Below, in pieces: positions 32,745 through 42,300 of a DNA stretch of 64,000 nucleotides; within the stretch, counting starts at the first letter, position 1, and every line of letters starts with the position of its first letter. The notes under the pieces are model-generated. The model was not told the origin of the DNA. It worked only from the letters and a program-made list of their open reading frames with translations, and did not search any database. The position numbers were made by a program, and so were the translations under genes. The stretch comes from Candidatus Omnitrophota bacterium (GTDB lineage Bacteria; Omnitrophota; Gorgyraeia; S143-82): the NCBI GenBank assembly GCA_015494465.1, contig WGBD01000004.1, positions 68,627 through 132,626 on the forward strand, in the 5' to 3' direction.

Positions 32745-34286
32745 CTAATCCAATCCCTCCTTTAGCATCGCCAGCAATCGGTCCTTCTGCACCTTACGCA
32801 GGGTATTCTTGGGCAACTCATCCAACAATATGATCCGCTGGGGCACCTTGTAATCTGCCAGTTTGGACTTCAGGTAGGCCTGGATCTCCCGAGGCGACAG
32901 GTCCCAGCCCTTCTTGAGGACCACGAAGGCATAGGGGACCTCTCCTTTGGTGCGGTGCTTCACCCCCACCACCGCGGACTCCTTGACCCCGGGGAGTTTG
33001 TTGAGGACCGCCTCTACCTCCCGGGGATATACATTCAGGCCCCGGACGATGATCATCTCCTTCTTCCTGCCTACGATGTAGATGTACCCGTCCCTGTCCT
33101 TGTATCCCAGATCCCCGGTCCTCAGCCATCCGTTCCTTATGGTCTCCCTGGTCTCGAGGGGCCTGCGATAGTATCCCAACATCACATTCGGTCCCTTTAC
33201 CAGTATCTCCCCTACCCTCCCCGCAGGGCACTCCTGCCCGTGCTCGTCCACTATCTTCACCTCCACATCCTTTATCGGCAGGCCAACCGATCCCGATCGG
33301 GGGGCAGAGATCGGATTCAAGGAGACCACAGGGGATGCCTCGGTGAGGCCGTAGCCCTCTAGGAGAGGTATGCCGTACTTGTTCTGGAACCTCTCTATAA
33401 TCCCTGGATCCAGAGCAGACGAGCCGGATATGGCAACCCGTATCGGCAGGATCCACCTTATAAGAAACCTGGGTAATTTTGGGAGTTTCGCATCCGCCAT
33501 TATGGAGAACAGAGGCGGTATACCTACAAGGATGGTTGCCCGTTCCTTTATGAGTCCCTTTACGATCGCCTTTACCCCTTGAGCGGGGTTGACGAAGACG
33601 ATCCGGGCTCCCACTGCCACTGGGGTAAGGGCACAGACCGTAAGTCCGAAGGAGTGGAACAAAGGGAGTAGACAAGGCACGCGATCCTTGCGGGAGAATG
33701 AGATGGCCAAAGAACACGACGCGATGTTGCTTAAGATGTTGTGATGGGAGAGCATTGCCCCCTTGGGCCTGCCAGTAGTACCGGAGGTGTAGATTATCAC
33801 CGCACACTGGTGTTCTTTGACCAAGGCAGGATCTGGGATGGGGTAGATCCCCTCCTTCTTTGCAACCGATTCCACATCTACAACATGTCGGATCCTACGA
33901 TTTTCCGACCTCAGCCCCTCCACCATCACGAATCGCTGAGAGTCGGTGAGGATTACCGCACTCCCACTGTCCTTGACCACATATCCCAATTCCTCTCGTT
34001 TCCACATGTAGTTGACCGGGACCGCGGTCGCCCCCAGTCTCCATATCGCAAAGTAACTGGCCAGGAATTCTATCGAATTGGGTAGGTACAAACAGACATT
34101 GTCCCCTGGCCTTACCCCCAAGAAGTGCAAGAAGGCCGAGAGGTGATCGACCTCCTCGGAGAACTTGGCGTAAGAGATCCTCCTGCTCCCCCCTACTAAG
34201 GCCAAGGCATTGGGGAACTCCTCTGCAGAGCGCTCTAAAAGTTGATATAGTCCCGCGTACTCGAATCCCCGGATCTCGACCGGCAT
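32745..34286 (-). CDS. AMP-dependent acyl-CoA synthetase / long-chain fatty-acid--CoA ligase family
   Basis: AMP-binding motif IIYTSGTTGRPKGAMLSH; GYGLTE and the C-terminal lid motif are present; 513 aa. Confidence 0.85.
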   Translation of the reverse strand: MPVEIRGFEYAGLYQLLERSAEEFPNALALVGGSRRISYAKFSEEVDHLSAFLHFLGVRPGDNVCLYLPNSIEFLASYFAIWRLGATAVPVNYMWKREELGYVVKDSGSAVILTDSQRFVMVEGLRSENRRIRHVVDVESVAKKEGIYPIPDPALVKEHQCAVIIYTSGTTGRPKGAMLSHHNILSNIASCSLAISFSRKDRVPCLLPLFHSFGLTVCALTPVAVGARIVFVNPAQGVKAIVKGLIKERATILVGIPPLFSIMADAKLPKLPRFLIRWILPIRVAISGSSALDPGIIERFQNKYGIPLLEGYGLTEASPVVSLNPISAPRSGSVGLPIKDVEVKIVDEHGQECPAGRVGEILVKGPNVMLGYYRRPLETRETIRNGWLRTGDLGYKDRDGYIYIVGRKKEMIIVRGLNVYPREVEAVLNKLPGVKESAVVGVKHRTKGEVPYAFVVLKKGWDLSPREIQAYLKSKLADYKVPQRIILLDELPKNTLRKVQKDRLLAMLKEGLD

Positions 34287-34289
34287 GCC

Positions 34290-37200
34290 TCACTCCTTCT
34301 TTACATACCAGCGAGCACTATATTCCATCGTATCGTAGCCGAAGTCCTGGCTAACCTCCCAAGAGCCTTCCTCGACCGGCAACTCCACCTCAGTCATTAT
34401 CGCGCCCCCCTTCCTGACCAACGACATCACCCATCGCCTGACCGGTAGTTTCTGAGCGTCGTCCAGGTACAATTCTACCACATTGTAGAGGAGCAGGTCT
34501 GCGGGTTTCAGGAAGACCTCCTTGACGATTTCCCGCCAGCCAGGATCGTTGAGGTCGATCGGGATGAAGTGGAACCTGGCCCTCTTTCTCCAGAGCCTTT
34601 GGTCAGGGGTGTACTCGTAGGGGGTGTTGGGTAATCTATGGGGCAACCAGATCTGGCTCTTCGCCTTATCTAGTACGGAAGGTGAGATGTCCAAGAGATA
34701 GAACTCCACATCCAGGTAGGGATGGGTCTTGAGCACTGGGTCCAGTATGTGCATGAGGGTAGCGGTTTCTTCTCCGTAAGACGACCCCACCGAAACGATA
34801 CGGATCCGATTCTCACCTTCAGAGGTGTGTTTTTCGAGTATCTCCGGTAGAAGGTCGTGCTCCAGGAAAAAGTAGGCCCGGGAGTTCCGATAGAAGTCCG
34901 TAGCGTGTACCAACCTGCTTTCCCTGACCCGCAGTTCCGCTACCCTTCTCAAGAGCTCGAGGAGCAGTCTCCGCCAGTTCTTCCGCCATTCTTTACCATG
35001 AGCAGAGACCTCAACCCTCTCTTTGCCCAGCAGTACAGATAAACCGATTTTATCGGCAGGCCCTGATGCCTTTATCTGCGCCAGATCCACCGTTTCCAAC
35101 CTCTCTATCTGGTCCTTCAGCCTCAACACATCCCTAGGGACGAAGCCCAAAAGAAAACCCGGCTGACTAGGTATGTACCCCAGGCCGGTCTGGTACTTGG
35201 AGGCACACCAAAATATGGACTCCGGATAGCTATCCACCTCCATCAGGGCGTTTACCTTCAAGGGACGGAAGTCCGAAACCAGGATGCCGTCCTCCTTGAG
35301 GAGGTCCTTAAAGAGAGCCTCGATGCCAGGCGTCTCTCCCCATAGGTTTTCGGAGGCCTTTAGGAAGGCAACCGAAAACTTTTTGACTCGAGCCATCTCC
35401 CGCAACCTATCCTGAACGCCTAATAGGCCCAGTCGGTGAGAGAGAAATCGCAATCTTCTCAGGGCTTTCTTCCCGGATATAGGGTGCCTCCAACGGAAAA
35501 GGACCTCCACCGCCTCCTCATCCACACGCACTCGTATGTCTTTAGCCCCCAGCAGGTACCTTATCTCGCCCAAGATGTACTTTCCGAGGGCCCCGTTTTC
35601 CCGCAGGCGCTCGCCCAAAAGGAATCCACCTCTCTTCCCAGCGTACTCCAAGTATTCCTGGAACTCGCTAAGAGAGACATCGTCGGGATGATCGCAACTG
35701 CCCCAAGGGATTACATCCACCATGGTGAGCGCCTCGCAATCGAACAGAAAGAAGGGATAAAACACATCCGATCCCGATGCAGGATAAAGAACGGATGAGG
35801 TGTCGTAGTGCTTAAAGTAATCCCAGTAAAGAATCAAAGTAGCCAGTCTTTGTGAAGAAAAGACCGGGACCATCTGGGCCGGCGAGATCTTGGTGAGAGA
35901 AATCAGCTGATCGAACCTAAACTTCTCCAGATCCTCTTGCCTGACGCCAACCGGAGCGATCCTCTCCGTGCGCTCGTAGAACCAAAAAGTGAGAGGTATA
36001 GTCACTCCTACCTTAACTCGCAGGCGCACGACGGTAGGTCTTGCCTCTTTTAATATCTTGATCAAGGCTCGACTGCTCTTTGGGGGCCGTTTGGGTTCCT
36101 TTATCCCGATTATGCTTGCAAACACCTCCTCCAGCTGATCAGCGGTCTTTACCTTCGTCACATCCTTCCAACTCAAACCCGCCCGGGATAACCCGGATTC
36201 GATCTCTATCCTCTCTACCACCTCTTCAGGGATCGCGATGTACTTCTCGTAATAGTGCCTGGTGAAGACCTCCCAGAACCGCTTCAGATACCGCTCGTCA
36301 GATAGGAAGACGAATCTCTCAAAGAGCCGATCCGGTCTAACGCACACGATCTTCCCGGATTCTTTCCTAAATATTCCGGAGATACCCAGCTCTCTGTCCC
36401 AACCGATACCACTACGAAGGAGGAGATCTCGAACCGCTTCCTCCTCCTGCGAATCCAAGGGCCTAGCACTGTCTCGGACCACGGAAAAGTGGAGGACATA
36501 ACCGCGTTCCGTGCGAAGGTATTCCCCGATACGGGCCTTGACCGTTATGTCGTTCTTTTCGAGGAGTTCGACTATCTCCCTTTTGGGCAAGGCATCGAGC
36601 CTGTAGAGTCTGTAGTTTAGGAGGCGATATACATCCTCTTCTCCTTCCACGCTTTGGGCGGGAGTCCTCTTATTGGCGATCTTGATTATCCTCAGGATCT
36701 CCGATCCTTCTTCTCCCGATATAAAGAGGTCGCTAGCCTCAGGCGGTGATTCTAGGGCACCTTTGAGGAGTGCCGTCAGATACTTCACCTGCCACAGTTT
36801 CCACAGCCCAGCTGGCCAAACATAATCCTCATCGTCGTAAAATACGGAGATATTCGGAGGTAAGGTAAACACCTGCAACGCCCCGGCCAGCTGGAGCCTA
36901 AACGCCTTCGGAGACCGCTTGAACAACGAACCCAAGGCCCGATAATAGGCCCCCTTCCTTCGGTGGAAAGGCAACAGGACCACCGCCCTCTTGGCCCCTT
37001 CCGGGAGCTCTCTTTGCATCTTCACGATCCGGTCCATGGGGGAGATCCCCTCGTAGGCCTTTAGTATCGGGGTAGATCTTGAGAGCTCTAGCACCTTACG
37101 AAGGAAGTTCACATCCGCAGGTGTGACCTTTGGCGGGTCCAGGAACGGGAAGTACCTCTCCTTCACCTCCAACAGCTCGGACAGATCCTCCGATTCGGGT

Positions 37201-39197
37201 TGCCTTGGGGGCAGAGAAGATCTTTGGGAGAATAGCTCCCGCTGGACCACGATTCGTATCCACGATTCGGCCCCCTCCCTCGGTGATAAATAGATCTTGG
37301 AAGGCAGACCTGTTTCCCCTACGGATATGTCCACCCTTTTACCTCCGGTCTTGGAAATCACCCTCGCGTACTTGGGGAGCAAGGCCCGCTTACCTTCCCT
37401 CGGTATGTAGAGGTAGTCGCCTTCCAAGACAGACACCTCTACCTCCTTCCCCAAGTCCAGCAACAACTCCCCTGCCTCCCAGGCCAGGGCAAGGGCAAGC
37501 GGGGTGCCTTTTATCCCGATGCGGAGCCTATCCCTACCTCGCATCCACTCCACTATCTCCCGGGTGTCGATCTTGACTCCTTCTCCTTTCAGGAAAGAGA
37601 ACATCTCTGCCAGCATCCCGTTCTTGCCTTTTACCTCGAGATCCACGGGCCGATCCGCGTAATGGGCAGACAAGACCAGTAGAAGGCCTGCGAGGTCCAA
37701 GACCCTATCCCGGGGCAAGTTCAATTCCCTAAGGAACTCCTTTATCGTGCTCCTGGCAAGCTGGATCTGGTGAGAAAAGTAAGAATCACCTGCCTCTTCA
37801 GATGAGATCCGATCTATCATCCGGTCGTACAGCGGGCCGAGTATAGGCAGAATGGCTTCCAGCTCCTCCCCAGAGAGGAAGGAGGCCAGGAATTCCCTGC
37901 CCTTCCCTCCGAGGTACTGCCACTGGATGAAGTTGATCACCAACTCTTCCCAGCTCTCTCCCTCGGAATAGTAGAGCCCCTTAAATCGAGACTCTATCGC
38001 CTCCAGGTCGAGTCGCTCTCGGGTAAGCCTCTTGGCTCGCGGTAGTAGTCCAGCGATCTTAGCATCCGAGGCGATGAGGTGGTGGAGGAGCTCGTGGAAG
38101 TGGACTACCTGAGGCGTGAGATCCAGCCCTGTCTCCTTCCTGAATAGGTCCTGCAACACGGATTCTATCAACGCGATCCTCTCTTCTGGCTCGCCGATGG
38201 ACCTAAGGTAGTCCCGCAACAGCACTGCTCTGGATATCCTCTCGTCCAGATAGCCAACTCCGTGGACAGCGATCCAGTCGATCACCTCCTCCTTCACGCC
38301 CAATCCCTTCAGCCTCTCTATCCATCCTTCCAGTATCGAGAGAGGCAAAGAAAAGGCAGGGTGCACTCGATTGGCCTTGAGCTCTATCCTCCGCCTCACT
38401 AGGTTGGCCCTGGGCAAGAACGAGAGCAATGGCTCCGGGATGAGCTGGGACCTTACCCCAGGAGGCCCTTCGTCTCCGCCTGGAAGAGGGTATATGACCT
38501 TTACCTTTGGGAAGTGCGCCCTCAAGTATCTCTCTATCCTTCGAAGGTGATAGCCACCCAGTACCACTGCCACTCGATCGTGCTTCGAAAGGGCTTGGGA
38601 TATCTGTCGAAGGAAGGCCTTCTCCCTTCGTCTGGAGAAGGAGTAAAAGGCGATTACATCCCTCAAGGCCTCGAGATCACCCCCACCTATGTCCAAAATC
38701 CGATAGAACTCCCCTGGGGTAATACGCAGGAGCACCGCCCTCCGAAAGAGGTCCACATCTATCAGTCCAGTGCGGTAAAGGTAGTCCAGTAGCTCTGTGC
38801 GATGGGAAGTGACCCAATGGAACATCTGGAGGTGGCGCAGATAGGCGTCTTTGTCCTCTAGACCCAGTAGTGTCCCACCCCTTTCGTAGGCCCAAAACTC
38901 CGCCCCGGAGAGCATCCCGCCCTCTACCAGAACCCTGACTTCTCGCGATGTGCAGCCCTTAAGAAAGCTGAGATCCGCCTTTCCCCATCCCCCTTCGCAC
39001 AGGACGACTTCAGGAGATAGCCTTGAGAGGCTGTCCGCTATCTCCAGTTGTACCTTAGGATAGTAGTGGAGGTCTGCGATCAGATAGAGGCCCTTTCTGG
39101 CCCCCCCATAGGCCACCGGAGCAAGCAAAAAGACCAAGCAAAAAAAGAGGCCTAACCGCTTAAAAAACACCCCGCCTCTCAACTGCATACGAGCCAC
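34290..39197 (-). CDS. Giant hypothetical protein (1635 aa) with an N-terminal signal peptide or membrane anchor and a C-terminal CheR-like SAM-dependent methyltransferase domain
   Basis: N-terminus MARMQLRGGVFFKRLGLFFCLVFLLAPVAYGG. The C-terminal region (nt ~34293-35075) carries RIRIVSVGSSYGEETATLMHIL and DLLLYNVVELYL, which resemble the CheR motifs RIWSAGCSTGEEPYS and DLIFCRNVLIYF. The stop lies 3 nt from the fadD-like start. Confidence 0.8.
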   Translation of the reverse strand: MARMQLRGGVFFKRLGLFFCLVFLLAPVAYGGARKGLYLIADLHYYPKVQLEIADSLSRLSPEVVLCEGGWGKADLSFLKGCTSREVRVLVEGGMLSGAEFWAYERGGTLLGLEDKDAYLRHLQMFHWVTSHRTELLDYLYRTGLIDVDLFRRAVLLRITPGEFYRILDIGGGDLEALRDVIAFYSFSRRREKAFLRQISQALSKHDRVAVVLGGYHLRRIERYLRAHFPKVKVIYPLPGGDEGPPGVRSQLIPEPLLSFLPRANLVRRRIELKANRVHPAFSLPLSILEGWIERLKGLGVKEEVIDWIAVHGVGYLDERISRAVLLRDYLRSIGEPEERIALIESVLQDLFRKETGLDLTPQVVHFHELLHHLIASDAKIAGLLPRAKRLTRERLDLEAIESRFKGLYYSEGESWEELVINFIQWQYLGGKGREFLASFLSGEELEAILPILGPLYDRMIDRISSEEAGDSYFSHQIQLARSTIKEFLRELNLPRDRVLDLAGLLLVLSAHYADRPVDLEVKGKNGMLAEMFSFLKGEGVKIDTREIVEWMRGRDRLRIGIKGTPLALALAWEAGELLLDLGKEVEVSVLEGDYLYIPREGKRALLPKYARVISKTGGKRVDISVGETGLPSKIYLSPREGAESWIRIVVQRELFSQRSSLPPRQPESEDLSELLEVKERYFPFLDPPKVTPADVNFLRKVLELSRSTPILKAYEGISPMDRIVKMQRELPEGAKRAVVLLPFHRRKGAYYRALGSLFKRSPKAFRLQLAGALQVFTLPPNISVFYDDEDYVWPAGLWKLWQVKYLTALLKGALESPPEASDLFISGEEGSEILRIIKIANKRTPAQSVEGEEDVYRLLNYRLYRLDALPKREIVELLEKNDITVKARIGEYLRTERGYVLHFSVVRDSARPLDSQEEEAVRDLLLRSGIGWDRELGISGIFRKESGKIVCVRPDRLFERFVFLSDERYLKRFWEVFTRHYYEKYIAIPEEVVERIEIESGLSRAGLSWKDVTKVKTADQLEEVFASIIGIKEPKRPPKSSRALIKILKEARPTVVRLRVKVGVTIPLTFWFYERTERIAPVGVRQEDLEKFRFDQLISLTKISPAQMVPVFSSQRLATLILYWDYFKHYDTSSVLYPASGSDVFYPFFLFDCEALTMVDVIPWGSCDHPDDVSLSEFQEYLEYAGKRGGFLLGERLRENGALGKYILGEIRYLLGAKDIRVRVDEEAVEVLFRWRHPISGKKALRRLRFLSHRLGLLGVQDRLREMARVKKFSVAFLKASENLWGETPGIEALFKDLLKEDGILVSDFRPLKVNALMEVDSYPESIFWCASKYQTGLGYIPSQPGFLLGFVPRDVLRLKDQIERLETVDLAQIKASGPADKIGLSVLLGKERVEVSAHGKEWRKNWRRLLLELLRRVAELRVRESRLVHATDFYRNSRAYFFLEHDLLPEILEKHTSEGENRIRIVSVGSSYGEETATLMHILDPVLKTHPYLDVEFYLLDISPSVLDKAKSQIWLPHRLPNTPYEYTPDQRLWRKRARFHFIPIDLNDPGWREIVKEVFLKPADLLLYNVVELYLDDAQKLPVRRWVMSLVRKGGAIMTEVELPVEEGSWEVSQDFGYDTMEYSARWYVKKE

Positions 39198-39224
39198 ACT
39201 CCGTCCTTTAAAAGGGAGGGCAGA

Positions 39225-39257
39225 GAGGCAAACCCTAGGTGGCGGAGAGTTTGCCTC
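39225..39257. other. Inverted repeat / RNA hairpin in the 150-nt spacer between the two 1.6-kaa giant genes
   Basis: GAGGCAAAC (39225-39233) pairs with GTTTGCCTC (39249-39257) across a 15-nt loop. There is no clean U-tract on the transcribed (minus) strand. Confidence 0.35.
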
Positions 39258-39347
39258 CCGTGGGGGACGATCGCGTTCAACATCTCAACCGTCAGCAGTT
39301 AATAATATAGCCCGATCTGCGAGCTTCGTCAAGTTTATTTAAACATT

Positions 39348-42300
39348 TTAAAAACCTATGTCAATACCTCCGTGCCCTTCCTGTTTCTCTCCGTTTTCTT
39401 CTAGCCAAGCTTCCACCTCGTCCTCAAACTCGAAGATCTCCTCCAAAGCAGACGGTCCGGATTCACTTAAAAGTCCCTCCACCAGAAAGCTCACCAGGGC
39501 CGTTTCCGCTTCCTCTTCTTCGGGCAGGGCCCCGTTGGCCCTAAGCCAGGTGATGAACTTAAGGTGCCTTTCCTTGCGATTCCTCGTCTCGCTAAGACGC
39601 TTCAGAACCCACGGATCCGACAGCACCTTTTCTGCGGTAGGGGGTAATCTGTACAATCCCAGGAAATTCCCCATCTCTTCCTCCAACCCCTTGGCCTTCG
39701 CCAAGTCCCTCACCACTCCTCCAACGGATCTTCTCCCTGCAACTCCCCTAGGAGCTAGTAGCGAGGCGATCCCCTCGTCCATACCTTGACTTAAACGGGT
39801 GCGAATCCTCTCCTCGAACTCGGACTTCAAGGTCCGCAACAGCTCTATCCTGCTCCTCGCAAGCTGAAGTGAGGCGATGTGGACTGCATTGATCAACTCC
39901 ACCCCAGGGAAAGGCCCGTTCAGAGGCCCGAGGTCGTCGGTGTCCTCCCTCCCCTCGAGGTTCCAACGGAATTCAAAGGAGCGCAGGTCCTTCAAAAAGG
40001 CCTCTATTCGGTCCGGAGAGAGGTAGACCAGTCTCTCTTCCAAGGCCTTTTTTATCCTATTTACAGTATCAGGAGTGAACTTATAGACATCGGGGAGCTC
40101 TTCTGAATATTCGAATGCCTCCAAGAGGATAGGGACCAGGTCTAGGGACAACCCCTGCCGTCGAAGGAGTGTTTTGAGGACATCCTCGTGGATGTAGCCA
40201 ACACCCCTGGCGTAGTACAGGAGACGGGGGGCGTCGAACCTGTAAATCGCGACCCCAGGGAACAGCTCCTCGTCTTTCACCTCCAACTTACCCGAAAGCC
40301 AATCCACATAGAGGCGAGAGCAGAAGAGAGACACCTGTCTCCCCAAACTTGTCCAATCAATCCGTTTACGCACCCAGTCTTCGTAGTTCCGGCCCCCTAA
40401 GCCCTCGTAGGCGGTGCGCAGGACCCGTTCCAGCCCCAGTGCTACCTCCTCCGGGTCTTTCCACCATCCGGGATGGTGTTTGTCCAGCCACAGGATGTAG
40501 AGGTTCATCAAGGCGAAAAAGACCTCCCCCGAACGCTTGGCGTACGACTCCCAACTCCCCGGTAGCTCCTCTATCTCCCCGAAGTCCGCCATACCCCCTT
40601 TGCGGAAGTTTCCCCTGGCAAATGCCCTCCTCCAGTTGGTCAGCCTCCCCACCCCGAACCTGATTGCGGGACCAACCTCCCTGCTTCCTCTAATGAACCT
40701 CTCCGGTTCCACGAACAACTCGTACCTCCTGCCCAGTTCTCGATTGTGAAAGGCATTGACTAGACTGCGATAGTAAAGGCCAAGCGGGTAGAGACGACGG
40801 AGGGTGTCCACGCATAACCCCAGGGCTCCCCAGAAATTTCCTTCTTCCAGGTCTTCGGGATAGATGAAGAGATCCGGCGACTCCACCTCGTATACCAGAA
40901 AGGGGATCCCTTCTGCACTTTCGTCCAACTGCAGGGCAGGATTCGACCTCTTTATCCCCGCTCGGACCTTCTCCAAATCCGGACTGTCCCCAGCCAGAGA
41001 GAACAAGATTCCCCCCTTGAAATTCCTCACTAAGTGGGGGATCTCCTGTCTAATACCGAGGATTTCGGCATTTTCCCTGAGAAAGGTTATCACCGCGCCC
41101 TCCTGCCTCAACTCCTCTACTCCTCCGTCCAAGGCAAACTTTATTCGATACCACCTATCCCCTAACTTGAGCGTTAGGTTTCTCCCTTGAAAAGCAACCC
41201 TATCCCACGGGATCTCCCCTAAAACACGAGAAAGCGAGGACACCTTCTCAGGCGGACTGTCGTCTCGGTATCGGGAGATGCTCCCCAGAGAATTCGTCGG
41301 AGGGGACAGATCCTTGCCTAGGTAGTACACCGCAGGGAGAAGCAAGTACATCCAAGAGAAGCCGTCCCCTGCATCCATAAGATCCAAGAATTCCTCCTCT
41401 ATCCTATGCCTCCTCACATACGAGATCACCTTCCTCCAAAATCCTTCCGGCAGTTCCTCACCTTCCAGAAGGGGCCAGTACCTATCCGGGATCCGTATAC
41501 CTAAGTCTGCCAGGCGGGAGATCCCCACCAGAAACTCGGTATCCCTGCCCTTGAAGACCTCTTCACTGCCCGCTAGATCCCTCTTCTCCAGCAGGGACAT
41601 CGCAGTGAAGGCGTAAAGGGCCTTTATCAATTCGGTTATCGGGTAGGGCCCGTTCACCGGGCCGAGGTCTTCCTTCCCCCGTTCTCCGGCTGCATTCCAC
41701 TTCATCTTGTATTCCCCGAATATCCTCTTGGCCCTTTTCTTCAGCTCCTCCGGCCAGTCCATCTCCTCTATCCGCTCGTCAACATCCATCGGAATGAAGT
41801 ACTCTCCCCGCAAGTCACTGCCTAGGATCACATTACCCAACAACTCCTTGCTATCTATCCCCAGCTCCTTGGCGACCTTGTCTATCTCCCGGGAAGAGAT
41901 AGTCCCCCATCCTCTCATCTCTTCGTCCATTTCCTCCCTATCGGCAGGCGTGATAGAGGCCTCTGCAGGATAAGGCAAACCATCTCCACTCCTAACCGCC
42001 TCTCCGTACTCTCCCGAGCAAAAGACGAGCATTTGCCTGGCCATCAGTTCGAAGTCTATGTAGTCCATCACCGCATCGAGGGCCTCTGCACGAGGATTCA
42101 AGACCTGATAGGCATAAGAGAAGATCCTCTTCAAGGACCTCGCCACCTTAGGCGCGTACCGATCCGGATCCCTAAAATACTCCGGATGGTGGTCCAATAG
42201 GTACATAGCGTAGAGGTGGAACCACACGAATAGAACCCTCCCCGTATACTCAGCCCAATCCTCGGGTACTGCCACCGTTTGCAGTTCCTGAAAGTCCCAA

